This document shows, piece after piece, positions 27,452 to 37,282 of a stretch of 64,000 bases of DNA (within the stretch, counting starts at the first letter, position 1; each line of letters opens with the position of its first letter). The translations under genes and the position numbers were made by a program. Source of the stretch: a virus; IMG/VR virus record IMGVR_UViG_3300045988_181112; one strand, given 5' to 3'. The notes under the pieces were generated by a model, which was not told the DNA's origin, ran no database searches, and worked only from the letters and a program-made list of their open reading frames with translations.

Positions 27452-28461
27452 AACTGGACAAACGTAAAACAGCAACAAGATTAAAAACTCTCAGCAATAA
27501 TCTGTTTACTCAATATAATATACCATGCACACTGACAAACAAACTTGCATACGGTAATGGCAGCACACATACAAATGAAACAGGTATGGTTTCACATGTA
27601 TCTATCAGTACTTCAAACACAATGCCTGTTAGAAAATCCATAATACAACTGATAAACCCTACTGTATCTGATACTGATTTTGCCAAAGTTGTTATCAATA
27701 TGTATCATGAGCATATGCATTGCATCCAGAAAAACAATCTTTTCAAACAGGAACATCCGGACGAAAATTCCATGAATCAGATGATACAGGAAATTGCCTG
27801 TATGTATAGCAATGACTATTATTTAAGCGACAGTAACTACCGTTTTAATGCGAACGAAATCCAGGCCGAACAGTACGGAATTGAAAGTGCTTATGAATAT
27901 CTCTGCGATGAATTCCCTGACATCCCAACTGACCAGCTGGAAAGCATCATTGTTGACATTGTAAACGAGAAAGCCCACATGACATCATATTTCATCAAAG
28001 ATAAACAGTATGCTTCTGTTGATGAGATCCTGTCTGCTTTCGACGATGCTTATGACAAGTCGTTCATGGAAACCCGTTTCTATCCCGTAAACATACCACT
28101 GGAAAATACAGAAGATCCTGTCAGACGTTATATAATATCCCACACAGACACGAGAGCCGCTTACTTAAACTGTCTTTCTGACGATGATATTCCACGTGGC
28201 CTGAAACAGGACAGGTGTATTGCTTCTGTCTGCATGAAACTGTACCCGGTAATAGAAAAGAACTATCCCGGCTTACAGGATACTGACCTGTCCTATGAAA
28301 CATGCATCACAAAACCATACCTGATAGAAACCGGACAAACTCAGCCGGAACCTACGGAAACAAACAAGACAATCCGGTCTGATGCGATTAACGAACTGCT
28401 GTCCGGAATACAGATGCCGGAAGATGACACTGAAGAAATCAGTGATGACTATAATCCGTAA
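27436..28461 (+). CDS. HEXXH-motif protein (possible ImmA/IrrE-like metallopeptidase anti-repressor)
   Basis: MYHEHMHCIQ contains HEHMH. It follows an XRE repressor gene. AAGGAAGG RBS. Confidence 0.5.
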   Translation: MDNILKLDKRKTATRLKTLSNNLFTQYNIPCTLTNKLAYGNGSTHTNETGMVSHVSISTSNTMPVRKSIIQLINPTVSDTDFAKVVINMYHEHMHCIQKNNLFKQEHPDENSMNQMIQEIACMYSNDYYLSDSNYRFNANEIQAEQYGIESAYEYLCDEFPDIPTDQLESIIVDIVNEKAHMTSYFIKDKQYASVDEILSAFDDAYDKSFMETRFYPVNIPLENTEDPVRRYIISHTDTRAAYLNCLSDDDIPRGLKQDRCIASVCMKLYPVIEKNYPGLQDTDLSYETCITKPYLIETGQTQPEPTETNKTIRSDAINELLSGIQMPEDDTEEISDDYNP

Positions 28462-28499
28462 AAAATATGCAGAACCGGCATTTGGCTCTGCATATTTTA
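28461..28499. terminator. bidirectional intrinsic terminator
   Basis: ATATGCAGA…TCTGCATAT 9-bp stem flanked by A-run and T-run, between convergent genes. Confidence 0.5.
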
Positions 28500-28503
28500 T
28501 GTC

Positions 28504-29340
28504 TTACTGTCCATTGAACAGCTTATTGATCAGCGCTTTATCAGATCCTGTGTCATTGCCGGAACCCATATAGGCATTCCCTTCGTCCTTTGCAGCCGCA
28601 GGTGATGCCGGCAACTCTCCGGACACCTGTGTATTATCAGGTAACTCTTGTTTTTCTTCTGGACTCTTCACATTGTTCTGTGAAACAGAATCCTTCACAG
28701 AATCATCTTCTACATCAGGTTTTAAATAAACCTCTTTCTGTTCACCCGTATCAGATGACTGTAAGTCAATCATATACTTTCCATCGTCAGGGTTAGAGTC
28801 AATGGAAAACCCGTCTGTCCATGTTCCGTCATACTGCTCCACCGTTGCTTCTCCAGACGATACTACCTGTGTGGCTTCCGTCTGTTCAGGAGCAGGCGTA
28901 GCCTCAGCAATAGGTTGCACACTATTTGATCCCAGAGCAGATACGATAATCACTGCCAGAACAATAATTACCAGAACACCAGCGCCGATGACACCGGCGA
29001 TGAGCAGCCGCTTTTTGTTATCCATATTGTCATTTTTCACCGGCTTTTCCTCTTCCTCGCCCTCGAATTTAATTCCGGCATAAGGATCTGACTCCGGCAG
29101 GTGAAGCATCTGTCTTAACCGGCGCTTTGTCTCAATCTGTCTGTCCTGCTTTTCCTGCTCCTTTTCATGGATCTCCTTCATGGCACGTTCCTGTTCTTTT
29201 GCCTGTTCCTCTTCGGATAACTCGAACACTTCTACGCCAATCTCAAAACTCTCGTGGCAATTCTGGCACGTTGCAGTTGTCCAGTGGCTTGACACACGTA
29301 CATCCTTACCACAGTAAGGACACTTCATCATTCTTACCAT
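28504..29340 (-). CDS. membrane protein with N-terminal zinc ribbon
   Basis: MKCPYCGK…CQNCHESF, followed by one TM segment and an acidic extracellular tail. Confidence 0.5.
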   Translation of the reverse strand: MVRMMKCPYCGKDVRVSSHWTTATCQNCHESFEIGVEVFELSEEEQAKEQERAMKEIHEKEQEKQDRQIETKRRLRQMLHLPESDPYAGIKFEGEEEEKPVKNDNMDNKKRLLIAGVIGAGVLVIIVLAVIIVSALGSNSVQPIAEATPAPEQTEATQVVSSGEATVEQYDGTWTDGFSIDSNPDDGKYMIDLQSSDTGEQKEVYLKPDVEDDSVKDSVSQNNVKSPEEKQELPDNTQVSGELPASPAAAKDEGNAYMGSGNDTGSDKALINKLFNGQ

Positions 29341-30620
29341 TTTGACTGTTCCTCTCTTTCCGTTCTGATATTTTCTAATCTCTTGTCGATGACCGTCAGA
29401 CAGTACAGAGCATTTCCTTCGTCTGTGTATGCACTTCTGATACTGTCGATCAGCCAGTTGCTTCCACCAACGGCATCTTCCGGCGTAAAGCCGAACAGTG
29501 CAGCATATACCGTATTGATTCTGTGGAAAAACTCATACGGCAGCATGGAATCCGGCACCTCGATGGCAGACCCGTCAGGAAGATAAATGCTCCCGGCCTG
29601 CTCATAAATAAGACCCTCAACCTGCCACATATACTTATACATCCATGCTTCCTGATCAAAATAATAAGCATCCCTGGTTGATCCCGGCTGCATGTTATCG
29701 TTAAAATAGTCCATTATGTAAGCGTGCTTCGTTGTTGCTTCAATCTGGGAAAACTGCCTCTTAATTTTAAGAGCGCTTTCCGGACAGATTTCCACATCCC
29801 TGTTCTTGGAACGTAAATTCACGAACCGACGACGACGCTTCTGTAACGGAATGTTGGCAAACGATGTCTGATACAGCTGTGCAATGATCTCTGTTTCTGA
29901 CGTCTTCTGCTTTTTGATAAAGACATCAATCATGGATTTCTGCTCCGTATCTTTTACTGTATTCACCTTAAAAGATACCGGCGTTGCGGTTAAGAACACA
30001 TCGGTCCTCATACCGAAATCCCTTGCATACCGGCGATCCACCAGCTTTGCGTTCTGCTCTTCTGTGGTAAGGGAATAATCCGGGTTAAATGCCTGTGCTT
30101 TTAACCCCTGTAAGATCGAAGGCTCAATCCGCGGTCTGTCATCCAGTAAAAAACCGCCGATAAAATTCAGCGAATACCGGTCAACGATGACACTCTTTGC
30201 GTACTCGACATTCGGCATGCTGCCGTCTTCCATCGGGTTCTGCTTGTCATAATCCCACGCGGCATCCAGATAGCGTTCTGCCATCAGATAATTTACGATC
30301 TGCTTCTGGCAGATACGTGCTGTGCGGGACTTTAAGATGCTCTGGATAAACACGGCTGCCGTATTTACCTGGTGCAACAGCGTGACATCCGTGGAGATCA
30401 CAATACGTTTCGATACCCGTGAGGCATAAACGGTCTCCGCTGACTCCGGTGTCCGCACAATCACTGACACCATTTCTACAAGCCCATCACGGTCACGGAT
30501 CTTCACCTGTACCATATTTGTGTCTGTGATACCGTTCTCCCGGCAGACTGCGGTCTTTACATTGCGGCAGGCCAGCTTTACCATCCGCAGATACATATTA
30601 TAAGATTTTTCATTCATCAT
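29334..30620 (-). CDS. hypothetical protein
   Basis: 428-aa ORF with AGAAAGAAGG RBS. Confidence 0.5.
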   Translation of the reverse strand: MMNEKSYNMYLRMVKLACRNVKTAVCRENGITDTNMVQVKIRDRDGLVEMVSVIVRTPESAETVYASRVSKRIVISTDVTLLHQVNTAAVFIQSILKSRTARICQKQIVNYLMAERYLDAAWDYDKQNPMEDGSMPNVEYAKSVIVDRYSLNFIGGFLLDDRPRIEPSILQGLKAQAFNPDYSLTTEEQNAKLVDRRYARDFGMRTDVFLTATPVSFKVNTVKDTEQKSMIDVFIKKQKTSETEIIAQLYQTSFANIPLQKRRRRFVNLRSKNRDVEICPESALKIKRQFSQIEATTKHAYIMDYFNDNMQPGSTRDAYYFDQEAWMYKYMWQVEGLIYEQAGSIYLPDGSAIEVPDSMLPYEFFHRINTVYAALFGFTPEDAVGGSNWLIDSIRSAYTDEGNALYCLTVIDKRLENIRTEREEQSKW

Positions 30621-31038
30621 CCCGTCCTTCTTTCTGATTCATTTTACTGTCAATGACCTCTTTCAAGCCATCGTTCCGTCTGTAGAAATCATCCATGTAC
30701 ATACGCAGACCATGCTGTACCGCAGCGGTTTTAGAAATGCCGGTATGAACACTGAAGGCTTCCAGTTCTTCATACACAGGTCTGTCAATATTCACATTCA
30801 GATAACGGGCATCTTTTTTCTTTCTCATATAACACACCCTTTGCTGGTCCAGTTTTTCAAATATCTTTACATCGGAAGGCCGTCCCATAATATCAGAAGA
30901 AATGATATATCGACCCTCATTGTTACGATATTTCTCATCATCTATCATGCTTTGAATCAAAGCATTCTTTGCTTTGTCTGATATATGTTCAAACTTTTCA
31001 TGATTTGGAACCTGTTCCCATAATCTCAAATCAACCAT
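30610..31038 (-). CDS. hypothetical protein with RHH-like C-terminus
   Basis: Start at MVDLRLWEQ (AAGGAAG RBS). C-terminus VHTGISKTAAVQHGLRMYMDDFY. Confidence 0.45.
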   Translation of the reverse strand: MVDLRLWEQVPNHEKFEHISDKAKNALIQSMIDDEKYRNNEGRYIISSDIMGRPSDVKIFEKLDQQRVCYMRKKKDARYLNVNIDRPVYEELEAFSVHTGISKTAAVQHGLRMYMDDFYRRNDGLKEVIDSKMNQKEGRDDE

Positions 31039-31122
31039 TACAGCACTTCCTTTTTTAGATACATTCATCGTAAATAAGCATAGCACACACAACCGGCATC
31101 CGTCAATACAAAGTGCTACAAA

Positions 31123-31142
31123 AAGCTACTTAATTGTAGCTT
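31123..31142. promoter_or_regulatory. inverted repeat AAGCTAC-N6-GTAGCTT (operator candidate)
   Basis: 7-bp perfect arms upstream of the 30610..31038 gene. Confidence 0.35.
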
Positions 31143-31155
31143 TATTTCGTATGTA

Positions 31156-31192
31156 CAAAAAGAGCCCGTTCCGGAAATCCGAAACAGGCTCC
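31156..31192 (-). terminator. intrinsic terminator after flotillin gene
   Basis: Hairpin plus a T5 run on the minus strand. Confidence 0.45.
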
Positions 31193-31204
31193 TATGTAAG
31201 TTAT

Positions 31205-32782
31205 TTATTTCTCACGGTTTTTCTTGTCATTCTCAGACTCGAACGTAAGACCTCTTGCTTCCAGAGCAGCTGCAACCTCAGCTGCACCACCGTCCTCTGC
31301 AATTGCACCGGCAACCACCGGACCAACTGCCTGCTGAGTGGATGCACCATCGACACCTGTGATGTTCACGTTTCTCGTAATCTTAGCATCCTTGCCGTTT
31401 GCTTCGATCAGATCCTTGAGGTCAATGCCGGTTGCCTCTTTCATTGCCGCCATGGTCTGTGCCAGCGCCTGAGGAACATAAGAACCTACGGAACCGACAC
31501 CACCGTCACCGGAACCGCCAATGATTGTAATCTTGTCAATCTGGTTGAAAGGTTCTGCGACAGCCTTTGCAATCTCAGGAAGTCTTTCCACGATCATCTG
31601 TGTCATAGCAGCCTGACCGTATTTCTTCATAGCCTCTGCCTTCTTATCCATGGCTTCAGCTTCTGCTTTACCTTTTGCCTCAATGGCATTTGCCTCGGCT
31701 TCACCCTTTGCCTTGATACCTTCAGCTTCTTTAAGCTGCTCCTGTAATCTTGCCTCGGCCTCTGCAATTCTCTTGAATTTGTCTGCTTCCGCAGCCTGCT
31801 CCATCTGATAACGTGCTGCCTGTGCCTGCTGTTCTGCGGCATAACGGTCAGCTTCGGCTTTCTTTCTAATCTGTGCGTTCAGCGTCTCTTCCTGTACAGC
31901 AACTTCCTGTTTCTTCAGTTCTGCTTCACGCTCTGCCTTTGCAATCTCTGCGTTCACGGTAGCAGTCTCGATCGCACGTCTCTGCTCCTGCTCCTGAATG
32001 GAATATGCAGCATCGGCTTCAGCCTTCTTAACATCAGAAAGTCTCTTCAGTTCTGCCTGCTTGATCGCAAGCTCGTTGTTTTTCTCTGCAATAATGGTAT
32101 CGGACTCGACCTTTGCATCATTCGCTTCTCTCTTTGCCTTTGCTTCCGCAATGGCAACGTCACGCTCTGCGTTTGCTCTTGCGATGGACGCATCTTTCTG
32201 GATCTGGCTCATGTTGTCCTGTCCAAGGGCAATGATCAGCTTGTTTTCGTCATCTACTCTCTGGATGTTGCAAGAAATGATCTCGATACCGAGAGCGTTC
32301 ATATCGACCTGTGCTTTCTGCTGCACCTGATCACCGAACTGCTTACGGTCTGTATTCAGTTCCTTTAAGCTGATCGTACCGATAATCTCACGCATGTTAC
32401 CCTGTAATGAATCGGTAAGGGCTTCGATGATCTGCTTCTCACCCATGTTTAAAAAGTTCTTTGCGGCAAGTTCCAGACCGGCAGGTGTGTCCATAATACG
32501 CACCTTCGCTACAGCATCAATATCAACGCCAATGAAATCCAGTGTAGGAACGTAACCGTTCGTCTTGATGTCAATGGAAACCTGCTTTAACAGAAGGACA
32601 TCCTTTCTTTCAAGAAAAGGAATCTTGATGCCGGCACGGCCAACCAGAACCTTCGGTTTCTTATGGAGACCCGAGATAATGAACGCCTTGTCTGCAGGGG
32701 CCTTCACGTAACCGGTCATAATGATGATGAGTACGGCAATCACAATGATTGCAGGAATGAGAATTGTAAAAATATTATCCAT
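31205..32782 (-). CDS. flotillin / SPFH (band-7) family membrane-microdomain protein
   Basis: N-terminal TM, SPFH core (VSIDIKTNGYVPTLDFIGVDIDAVAKVRI…) and a long EA-repeat coiled coil (AEAEARLQEQLKEAEGIKAKGEAEANAIEAKGKAEAEA). Confidence 0.8.
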   Translation of the reverse strand: MDNIFTILIPAIIVIAVLIIIMTGYVKAPADKAFIISGLHKKPKVLVGRAGIKIPFLERKDVLLLKQVSIDIKTNGYVPTLDFIGVDIDAVAKVRIMDTPAGLELAAKNFLNMGEKQIIEALTDSLQGNMREIIGTISLKELNTDRKQFGDQVQQKAQVDMNALGIEIISCNIQRVDDENKLIIALGQDNMSQIQKDASIARANAERDVAIAEAKAKREANDAKVESDTIIAEKNNELAIKQAELKRLSDVKKAEADAAYSIQEQEQRRAIETATVNAEIAKAEREAELKKQEVAVQEETLNAQIRKKAEADRYAAEQQAQAARYQMEQAAEADKFKRIAEAEARLQEQLKEAEGIKAKGEAEANAIEAKGKAEAEAMDKKAEAMKKYGQAAMTQMIVERLPEIAKAVAEPFNQIDKITIIGGSGDGGVGSVGSYVPQALAQTMAAMKEATGIDLKDLIEANGKDAKITRNVNITGVDGASTQQAVGPVVAGAIAEDGGAAEVAAALEARGLTFESENDKKNREK

Positions 32783-32882
32783 GATAATTTCCTTTCAAAT
32801 ATGTAGTTTTTTTGTTTTGTCTGCCAGCCCCGGCAAAGTGTCGGAGCCGGCAAATATTATAGGAGCAAAAAGCGAAACTGGC

Positions 32883-34151
32883 TTAGTTCAGACTGCCACC
32901 CATGATCTCAAGGATTCTCTTTGCGGCGATGTAAAGACCATCACGGTTCAGCATTCTTGCTTCCGGATTGTCAAAATACAGGATAGGCTGTGCATCCATG
33001 CCACCGTTCAGCTTTCTTGTGCTATTCACAAGAGCCTGGAACAGACAATACTTCATTGCTGTTGCACCACCGCCGTATACATAAACAACCAGGATCTGCG
33101 TATTGTGCGTTTTCATGTTCTGCTTGTAAATATCAGCGATCTGCTTTGCAAAGTTCTCGATGCAGGTATCCACAATTTTCTGAACTTCAGGATACTGCTT
33201 ATCCTTGAACTTCATGTTCATGTCATCCATCAGATATGTCTGGAGTCCCTTACGGTTCTCAAAATGCAGTCCTTTCTTATGCAGAAGTTTCACTGCATTA
33301 TCCAAAACCACACCGTAGCCATTGTTGATGGACATGGACGCATCTGCGTTGAAGTTACCCTTAGAATCATAGATTGGCATGTTCGTTGTGCCCTCTCCAA
33401 TGTCAATACCCATAGTTGCCTTAGCACCATAAATATCCTCGCCGGTCAGCTCAATGTGCTGGCCACTTGCCTCATTTGCGTTCTGGATCAGCTTTTCAGC
33501 CAGAGCAGGACCGCCTGCACGGATTGCATAGGTAGCAGAAGCACCCTCTGCCAGAACCTGCACGTTCTCAAATGTGATATTAACTACGACATCCTGCTCG
33601 AATGTCTGAATCGTCACAACATGCACACCCTTCTTGTAGGAACTTGCATAGTTCTCACGGAAACGTCTGTACTCCTGGATAGGAAGCGCCAGTGCAGCAA
33701 CCTTTACATTCACATTGATCACTTCAGGAAGAACATGTGTCGTATTCCATGCATCCTGTAATGCCTTGCCGGCAATGGAACCAAGTGTCAGGATAAAAGA
33801 CAGAGGCTGTTCTGACTTCTGCTGTCCGTCACCAACGTCAAAAATCATCGGATAATTGCCGGATTCCATTGCATGCTGTCCCATGAAATAACGATCTGTC
33901 TCGTCCAGACAAGGAGATTCAAAAGTTGCATCCATATAGTTGAAAATATCATCAATCTTGCTTTCAACCTCGGATAAAGGAGTCCTCATCTCATCAATTG
34001 CGTCTGTATAATTCGTTGCCGCAACGCTCTGGATATCAATATCTGTTTCTCCGCCAGCATTGGAACCGATCGTTCCCTTCACACAGCCGTTTCCGATGTC
34101 CAGACCTGCGATCTGCATATAAACTTTGTCATTCATTGTTTTGTTTGCCAT
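32883..34151 (-). CDS. parM: actin-like segregation ATPase (ParM/Alp family)
   Basis: Phosphate-1 motif GLDIGNGCVKG and actin-fold motifs (GIDIGEGTTN, VYGGGA). Confidence 0.7.
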   Translation of the reverse strand: MANKTMNDKVYMQIAGLDIGNGCVKGTIGSNAGGETDIDIQSVAATNYTDAIDEMRTPLSEVESKIDDIFNYMDATFESPCLDETDRYFMGQHAMESGNYPMIFDVGDGQQKSEQPLSFILTLGSIAGKALQDAWNTTHVLPEVINVNVKVAALALPIQEYRRFRENYASSYKKGVHVVTIQTFEQDVVVNITFENVQVLAEGASATYAIRAGGPALAEKLIQNANEASGQHIELTGEDIYGAKATMGIDIGEGTTNMPIYDSKGNFNADASMSINNGYGVVLDNAVKLLHKKGLHFENRKGLQTYLMDDMNMKFKDKQYPEVQKIVDTCIENFAKQIADIYKQNMKTHNTQILVVYVYGGGATAMKYCLFQALVNSTRKLNGGMDAQPILYFDNPEARMLNRDGLYIAAKRILEIMGGSLN

Positions 34152-34182
34152 TGTTTTCTATTCCTTTCTGATTTTTATAGAC

Positions 34183-34632
34183 CTAAATTATTCGATCTAA
34201 ATCGTTCATGTTAATCTGTTTTCCCTCAGACATATCTGCCTGGAATTTTTTCTCTGCTTCTGTCAAATTAGAAACAGGCTTTACCACGGGTCTTTGTGTC
34301 ACCACCTGTGCCTGCACAGGTGTTTCCTGCTCTTGGGCGACCTGTTCTGATTCATCGGTATCCTCAGAATCATCAAGCTGGCTGCCCTGCATTGTGACAT
34401 TTTCCATGTTGCCATATTGTATCTGGGCACTCTTCGGCGGACGTCCTTTTTTCTTGACCTGAACACCGAGTTCCAGACAGGTGGCATCCTGCATACCATA
34501 TTCCCGCATAAAGGCTTTGATCAGCACTCTTAGCGAGAAACCTAAGTTCGACTGGGTTTCAATCCATTCGTTGACTCTGGTATCAGCGACGGGAACCGTG
34601 AAACGGTGCCTTACGTTTTTCTCATCACTCAT
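34183..34632 (-). CDS. putative ParR-like centromere-binding adaptor (small basic N-terminal DNA-binding region, acidic tail)
   Basis: 149-aa ORF immediately upstream of, and co-directional with, the ParM-like gene. Assignment is positional. Confidence 0.4.
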   Translation of the reverse strand: MSDEKNVRHRFTVPVADTRVNEWIETQSNLGFSLRVLIKAFMREYGMQDATCLELGVQVKKKGRPPKSAQIQYGNMENVTMQGSQLDDSEDTDESEQVAQEQETPVQAQVVTQRPVVKPVSNLTEAEKKFQADMSEGKQINMNDLDRII

Positions 34633-34696
34633 TCTTCACCTCATCCTTTCTATGTATTTTTAAAGATATGTCAGAGCACCGTTACTCTGATTTCCT

Positions 34697-34740
34697 CTCA
34701 TTTATGAGTTAATTATAGCACCTATTTTTATGGATGTCAA
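34697..34740 (-). promoter_or_regulatory. perfect consensus promoter TTGACA-17-TATAAT with palindromic operator CTCATAAATGAG at +1
   Basis: Minus strand reads TTGACATCCATAAAAATAGGTGCTATAATTAACTCATAAATGAG. Confidence 0.55.
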
Positions 34741-34983
34741 TAAAAATAAGACCATTTTTGAAACTTTTTTGACCATAACAGGGGCTCAAAATGGGCTATT
34801 TTTTTTATACAGATATAATGGTATAATCTATCTGGTCAAATGCTGTCCGCAGATTTTTTTCACAATGGCTTGGTACCGCAGAAACCTTAATGCCAAATGC
34901 AGGACGTCTGTGCCCTAACGGGCACTCTGTATGTATGTAAACGAAAAAAATGTATTTCCTATACATATAAGGAGGAGAAAACT

Positions 34984-35286
34984 ATGAAACAGAAACTTAC
35001 AGCAATCCTTGCTGTTGTAATGATGTGTATGTCACTTACTGCCTGCGGTGGTTACAAAGACATTGATGTAAAGGAAAGTCCCATCGGTAACAAATATTTT
35101 GACCTTGTATATATCTACGAAGACAAGGGCGCAGGTACACATGTCGGATACGACCGTAACACAGGTGTTATGTATTTCGTATACATCACAGGTTACAAAT
35201 GCTCCATCACACCGATCTACAATGCCGACGGCTCCCTGAAACTCTATGAAGAAGAGATTACTGTGGACACGGAGGTATCAGAATGA
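34984..35286 (+). CDS. lipoprotein
   Basis: AAGGAGGAG RBS. Signal peptide with lipobox LTAC (MKQKLTAILAVVMMCMSLTACGG). Confidence 0.6.
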   Translation: MKQKLTAILAVVMMCMSLTACGGYKDIDVKESPIGNKYFDLVYIYEDKGAGTHVGYDRNTGVMYFVYITGYKCSITPIYNADGSLKLYEEEITVDTEVSE

Positions 35287-35564
35287 CAGGTATTGAAGTA
35301 AACGAAGAAAAGCTCATGGAGCTTACTTCTTCATATGCAAAGAAATACGGCACCATTCCGGACACCCATAAACAGGCTGTCCAGTGGGCTTATGAATACG
35401 GAAGATCCGAAGGTGAATCAGCCGGCATGGAATATGCCATCCAGCGTATCATCAGACTTCTGGAAAAGAAACGTGACAACCTTGTTATCATGTACAGCAT
35501 GCAGGCAAGTGCGCTCGCGCAAGGCGTGCAGACAGCCATCAACACTATCAAAGAAAACAAATAA
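35283..35564 (+). CDS. hypothetical protein
   Basis: 93-aa ORF with GGAGGT RBS. ATGA overlap with the upstream gene. Confidence 0.5.
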   Translation: MTGIEVNEEKLMELTSSYAKKYGTIPDTHKQAVQWAYEYGRSEGESAGMEYAIQRIIRLLEKKRDNLVIMYSMQASALAQGVQTAINTIKENK

Positions 35565-35592
35565 CCATCAGACCAAAAGGAGGAATTCACTA

Positions 35593-36003
35593 TGGCAAAG
35601 AACGTAACAACCACAAACACTGTAGCAGGCAAGATCTATGCAGAAGTAGCAGCAAAGCACCCGGACTGGAAGCAGCCCCGTGTATACGCCGTAACAAAAA
35701 GCATCCTTGAAAAGAGATCTGCCAAGGCAAAGGCCGCTGCAAAAGCTGAAGAGTAAATGCCGGCTTACAAGGGAGCAGTTGCCAGAACTGTTCCCTTATT
35801 TTTTAACAGAGAGGAGAATTATCATGCCCGTAATGTTTGAAGACGGAACCTATGAAATCATAAAAAATATACCGGACGTAGAGCGTGTACTCACAGAGCG
35901 TCTCGGAAAAGAACCTGCGGAAGCCATCATGGAAGTATTTAACAGACAGATCCGCGAAAAAGACTTTGAAATTGAATCCCTCCAGAGGGACGATGACTAT
36001 TAA
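35593..36003 (+). CDS. hypothetical protein. May be two genes (a second strong RBS precedes ATG 35824)
   Basis: ATG at 35593 with AAAGGAGG RBS. By my reading it is in frame, with no stops, with track ORF 35707..36003. Confidence 0.35.
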
Positions 36004-36026
36004 GAAAGAAAGGAAGGCATACAGCC

Positions 36027-36488
36027 ATGACATATGAAAGAGACTGCAAACTTGCCGGTGTTACATTTATAAACCCGGCAGATGAGGGTGGCGAAAGCAG
36101 ACAGGAACTGCTTAAAAAGCTCGTCGGAGCACCCACCATGGTAACACTGGAAAACGTCATTCATCACAATGATGAAACCGGACTTGGCGAATTTGCCATC
36201 AAAGTGCGTTCCGATGTTACCGGCAAACTGATCGGCTACATCCCGAAAGCCGAAATCAGCAAATGGAAGAACACCGGCAAAATGATGCTGACCGTCAACT
36301 GCTACAAGGACACCTACTCCGGTTCCCTCAACCAGTTGAGGAAACCTACCCCAAAACAGTATGGTGCCATGAAATCCCTCGTTGCAAAGGGCATCGTCAG
36401 CAAAATGCCGCCGTATGACCGTACTGTCTACGAATGGGCTTTTGACCGTGCTTACGCATTGAATCCCCAGCTTCGTGACAAAGACTGA
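36027..36488 (+). CDS. HIRAN-like domain protein
   Basis: CKLAGVTF…MVTLENVIHHNDETGLGEFAIKVRSDVTGKLIGYIPKAEISKW resembles the HIRAN fold. Confidence 0.45.
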   Translation: MTYERDCKLAGVTFINPADEGGESRQELLKKLVGAPTMVTLENVIHHNDETGLGEFAIKVRSDVTGKLIGYIPKAEISKWKNTGKMMLTVNCYKDTYSGSLNQLRKPTPKQYGAMKSLVAKGIVSKMPPYDRTVYEWAFDRAYALNPQLRDKD

Positions 36489-36501
36489 AAGAAGGTGTGA
36501 C

Positions 36502-36954
36502 ATGGAACGACTGACTGTAAGATCAGACAACAGTGACATGATATGGTTCAAAGACACTGAAAACAACCGTAATCTCGAACCATGTGAAATGTCCGCACAT
36601 GACAGCCGTATGGCAATTACCAGACTTGCCGGTTACGAGGATGCTGAAGAACAGGGACGTATGATTATATCCCCATGCAGCAAAGGCGATAAAATCTATG
36701 AGTTCTGTAATGAATCACAAGATGCACTGCTTGATGACAGCATTGCACCAGAAGACATCATCAACACCCGTGATGTATGGTGCTTTGAATATTACGATGA
36801 TCTTGTCTTTCTTTACACATCCTGTCCGCTTCCGGCACAGCCTGAGTGTAATGACAGCCCGTTCTGCATTCCGGCAGATGAGATTGGCGTATATGCGTTT
36901 TTAACGCTCGAAGATGCCGTAAACAGAATCAAACAGATCAGAAAGGAGAAATAG
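36502..36954 (+). CDS. hypothetical protein
   Basis: Start at MERLTV with GAAGGTG RBS. Confidence 0.5.
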   Translation: MERLTVRSDNSDMIWFKDTENNRNLEPCEMSAHDSRMAITRLAGYEDAEEQGRMIISPCSKGDKIYEFCNESQDALLDDSIAPEDIINTRDVWCFEYYDDLVFLYTSCPLPAQPECNDSPFCIPADEIGVYAFLTLEDAVNRIKQIRKEK

Positions 36955-36956
36955 CC

Positions 36957-37268
36957 ATGGGTATTCTGCAGCAGAACTGCAACACGAATAATATCCTTAC
37001 AGAAAACGGCTTTAAGTATAAGCCCCGGAGTGTTACCGGTGATCTCAAGAACTGCTTTGAAAAGTGCATCGACCTTGGTCTGTATTGTGCCTGGATTGCC
37101 GTAAATACTGACACCCGCCGTGTCCTCATTTATGTGGAATATGACTGTGGCGGCGAAGTGGCAAGATATACGACCAATCTTCTGCACCTGTGGAAAGATT
37201 CAGAAAAGGCGTTCTTTGAAGAACTGGACGAATATGTAACTGACAGGTTAGAATATTACAGAGAATAG
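36957..37268 (+). CDS. hypothetical protein
   Basis: AAAGGAGAAA RBS. Confidence 0.5.
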   Translation: MGILQQNCNTNNILTENGFKYKPRSVTGDLKNCFEKCIDLGLYCAWIAVNTDTRRVLIYVEYDCGGEVARYTTNLLHLWKDSEKAFFEELDEYVTDRLEYYRE

Positions 37269-37282
37269 AAAGGACTGAGACT

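Noticed and set aside
32783-32882. Possible promoter or terminator between the ParM-like gene and flotillin
   Set aside because: Only weak hairpin and -10-like matches without a proper -35 or T-run. Flotillin is probably co-transcribed with the par genes.
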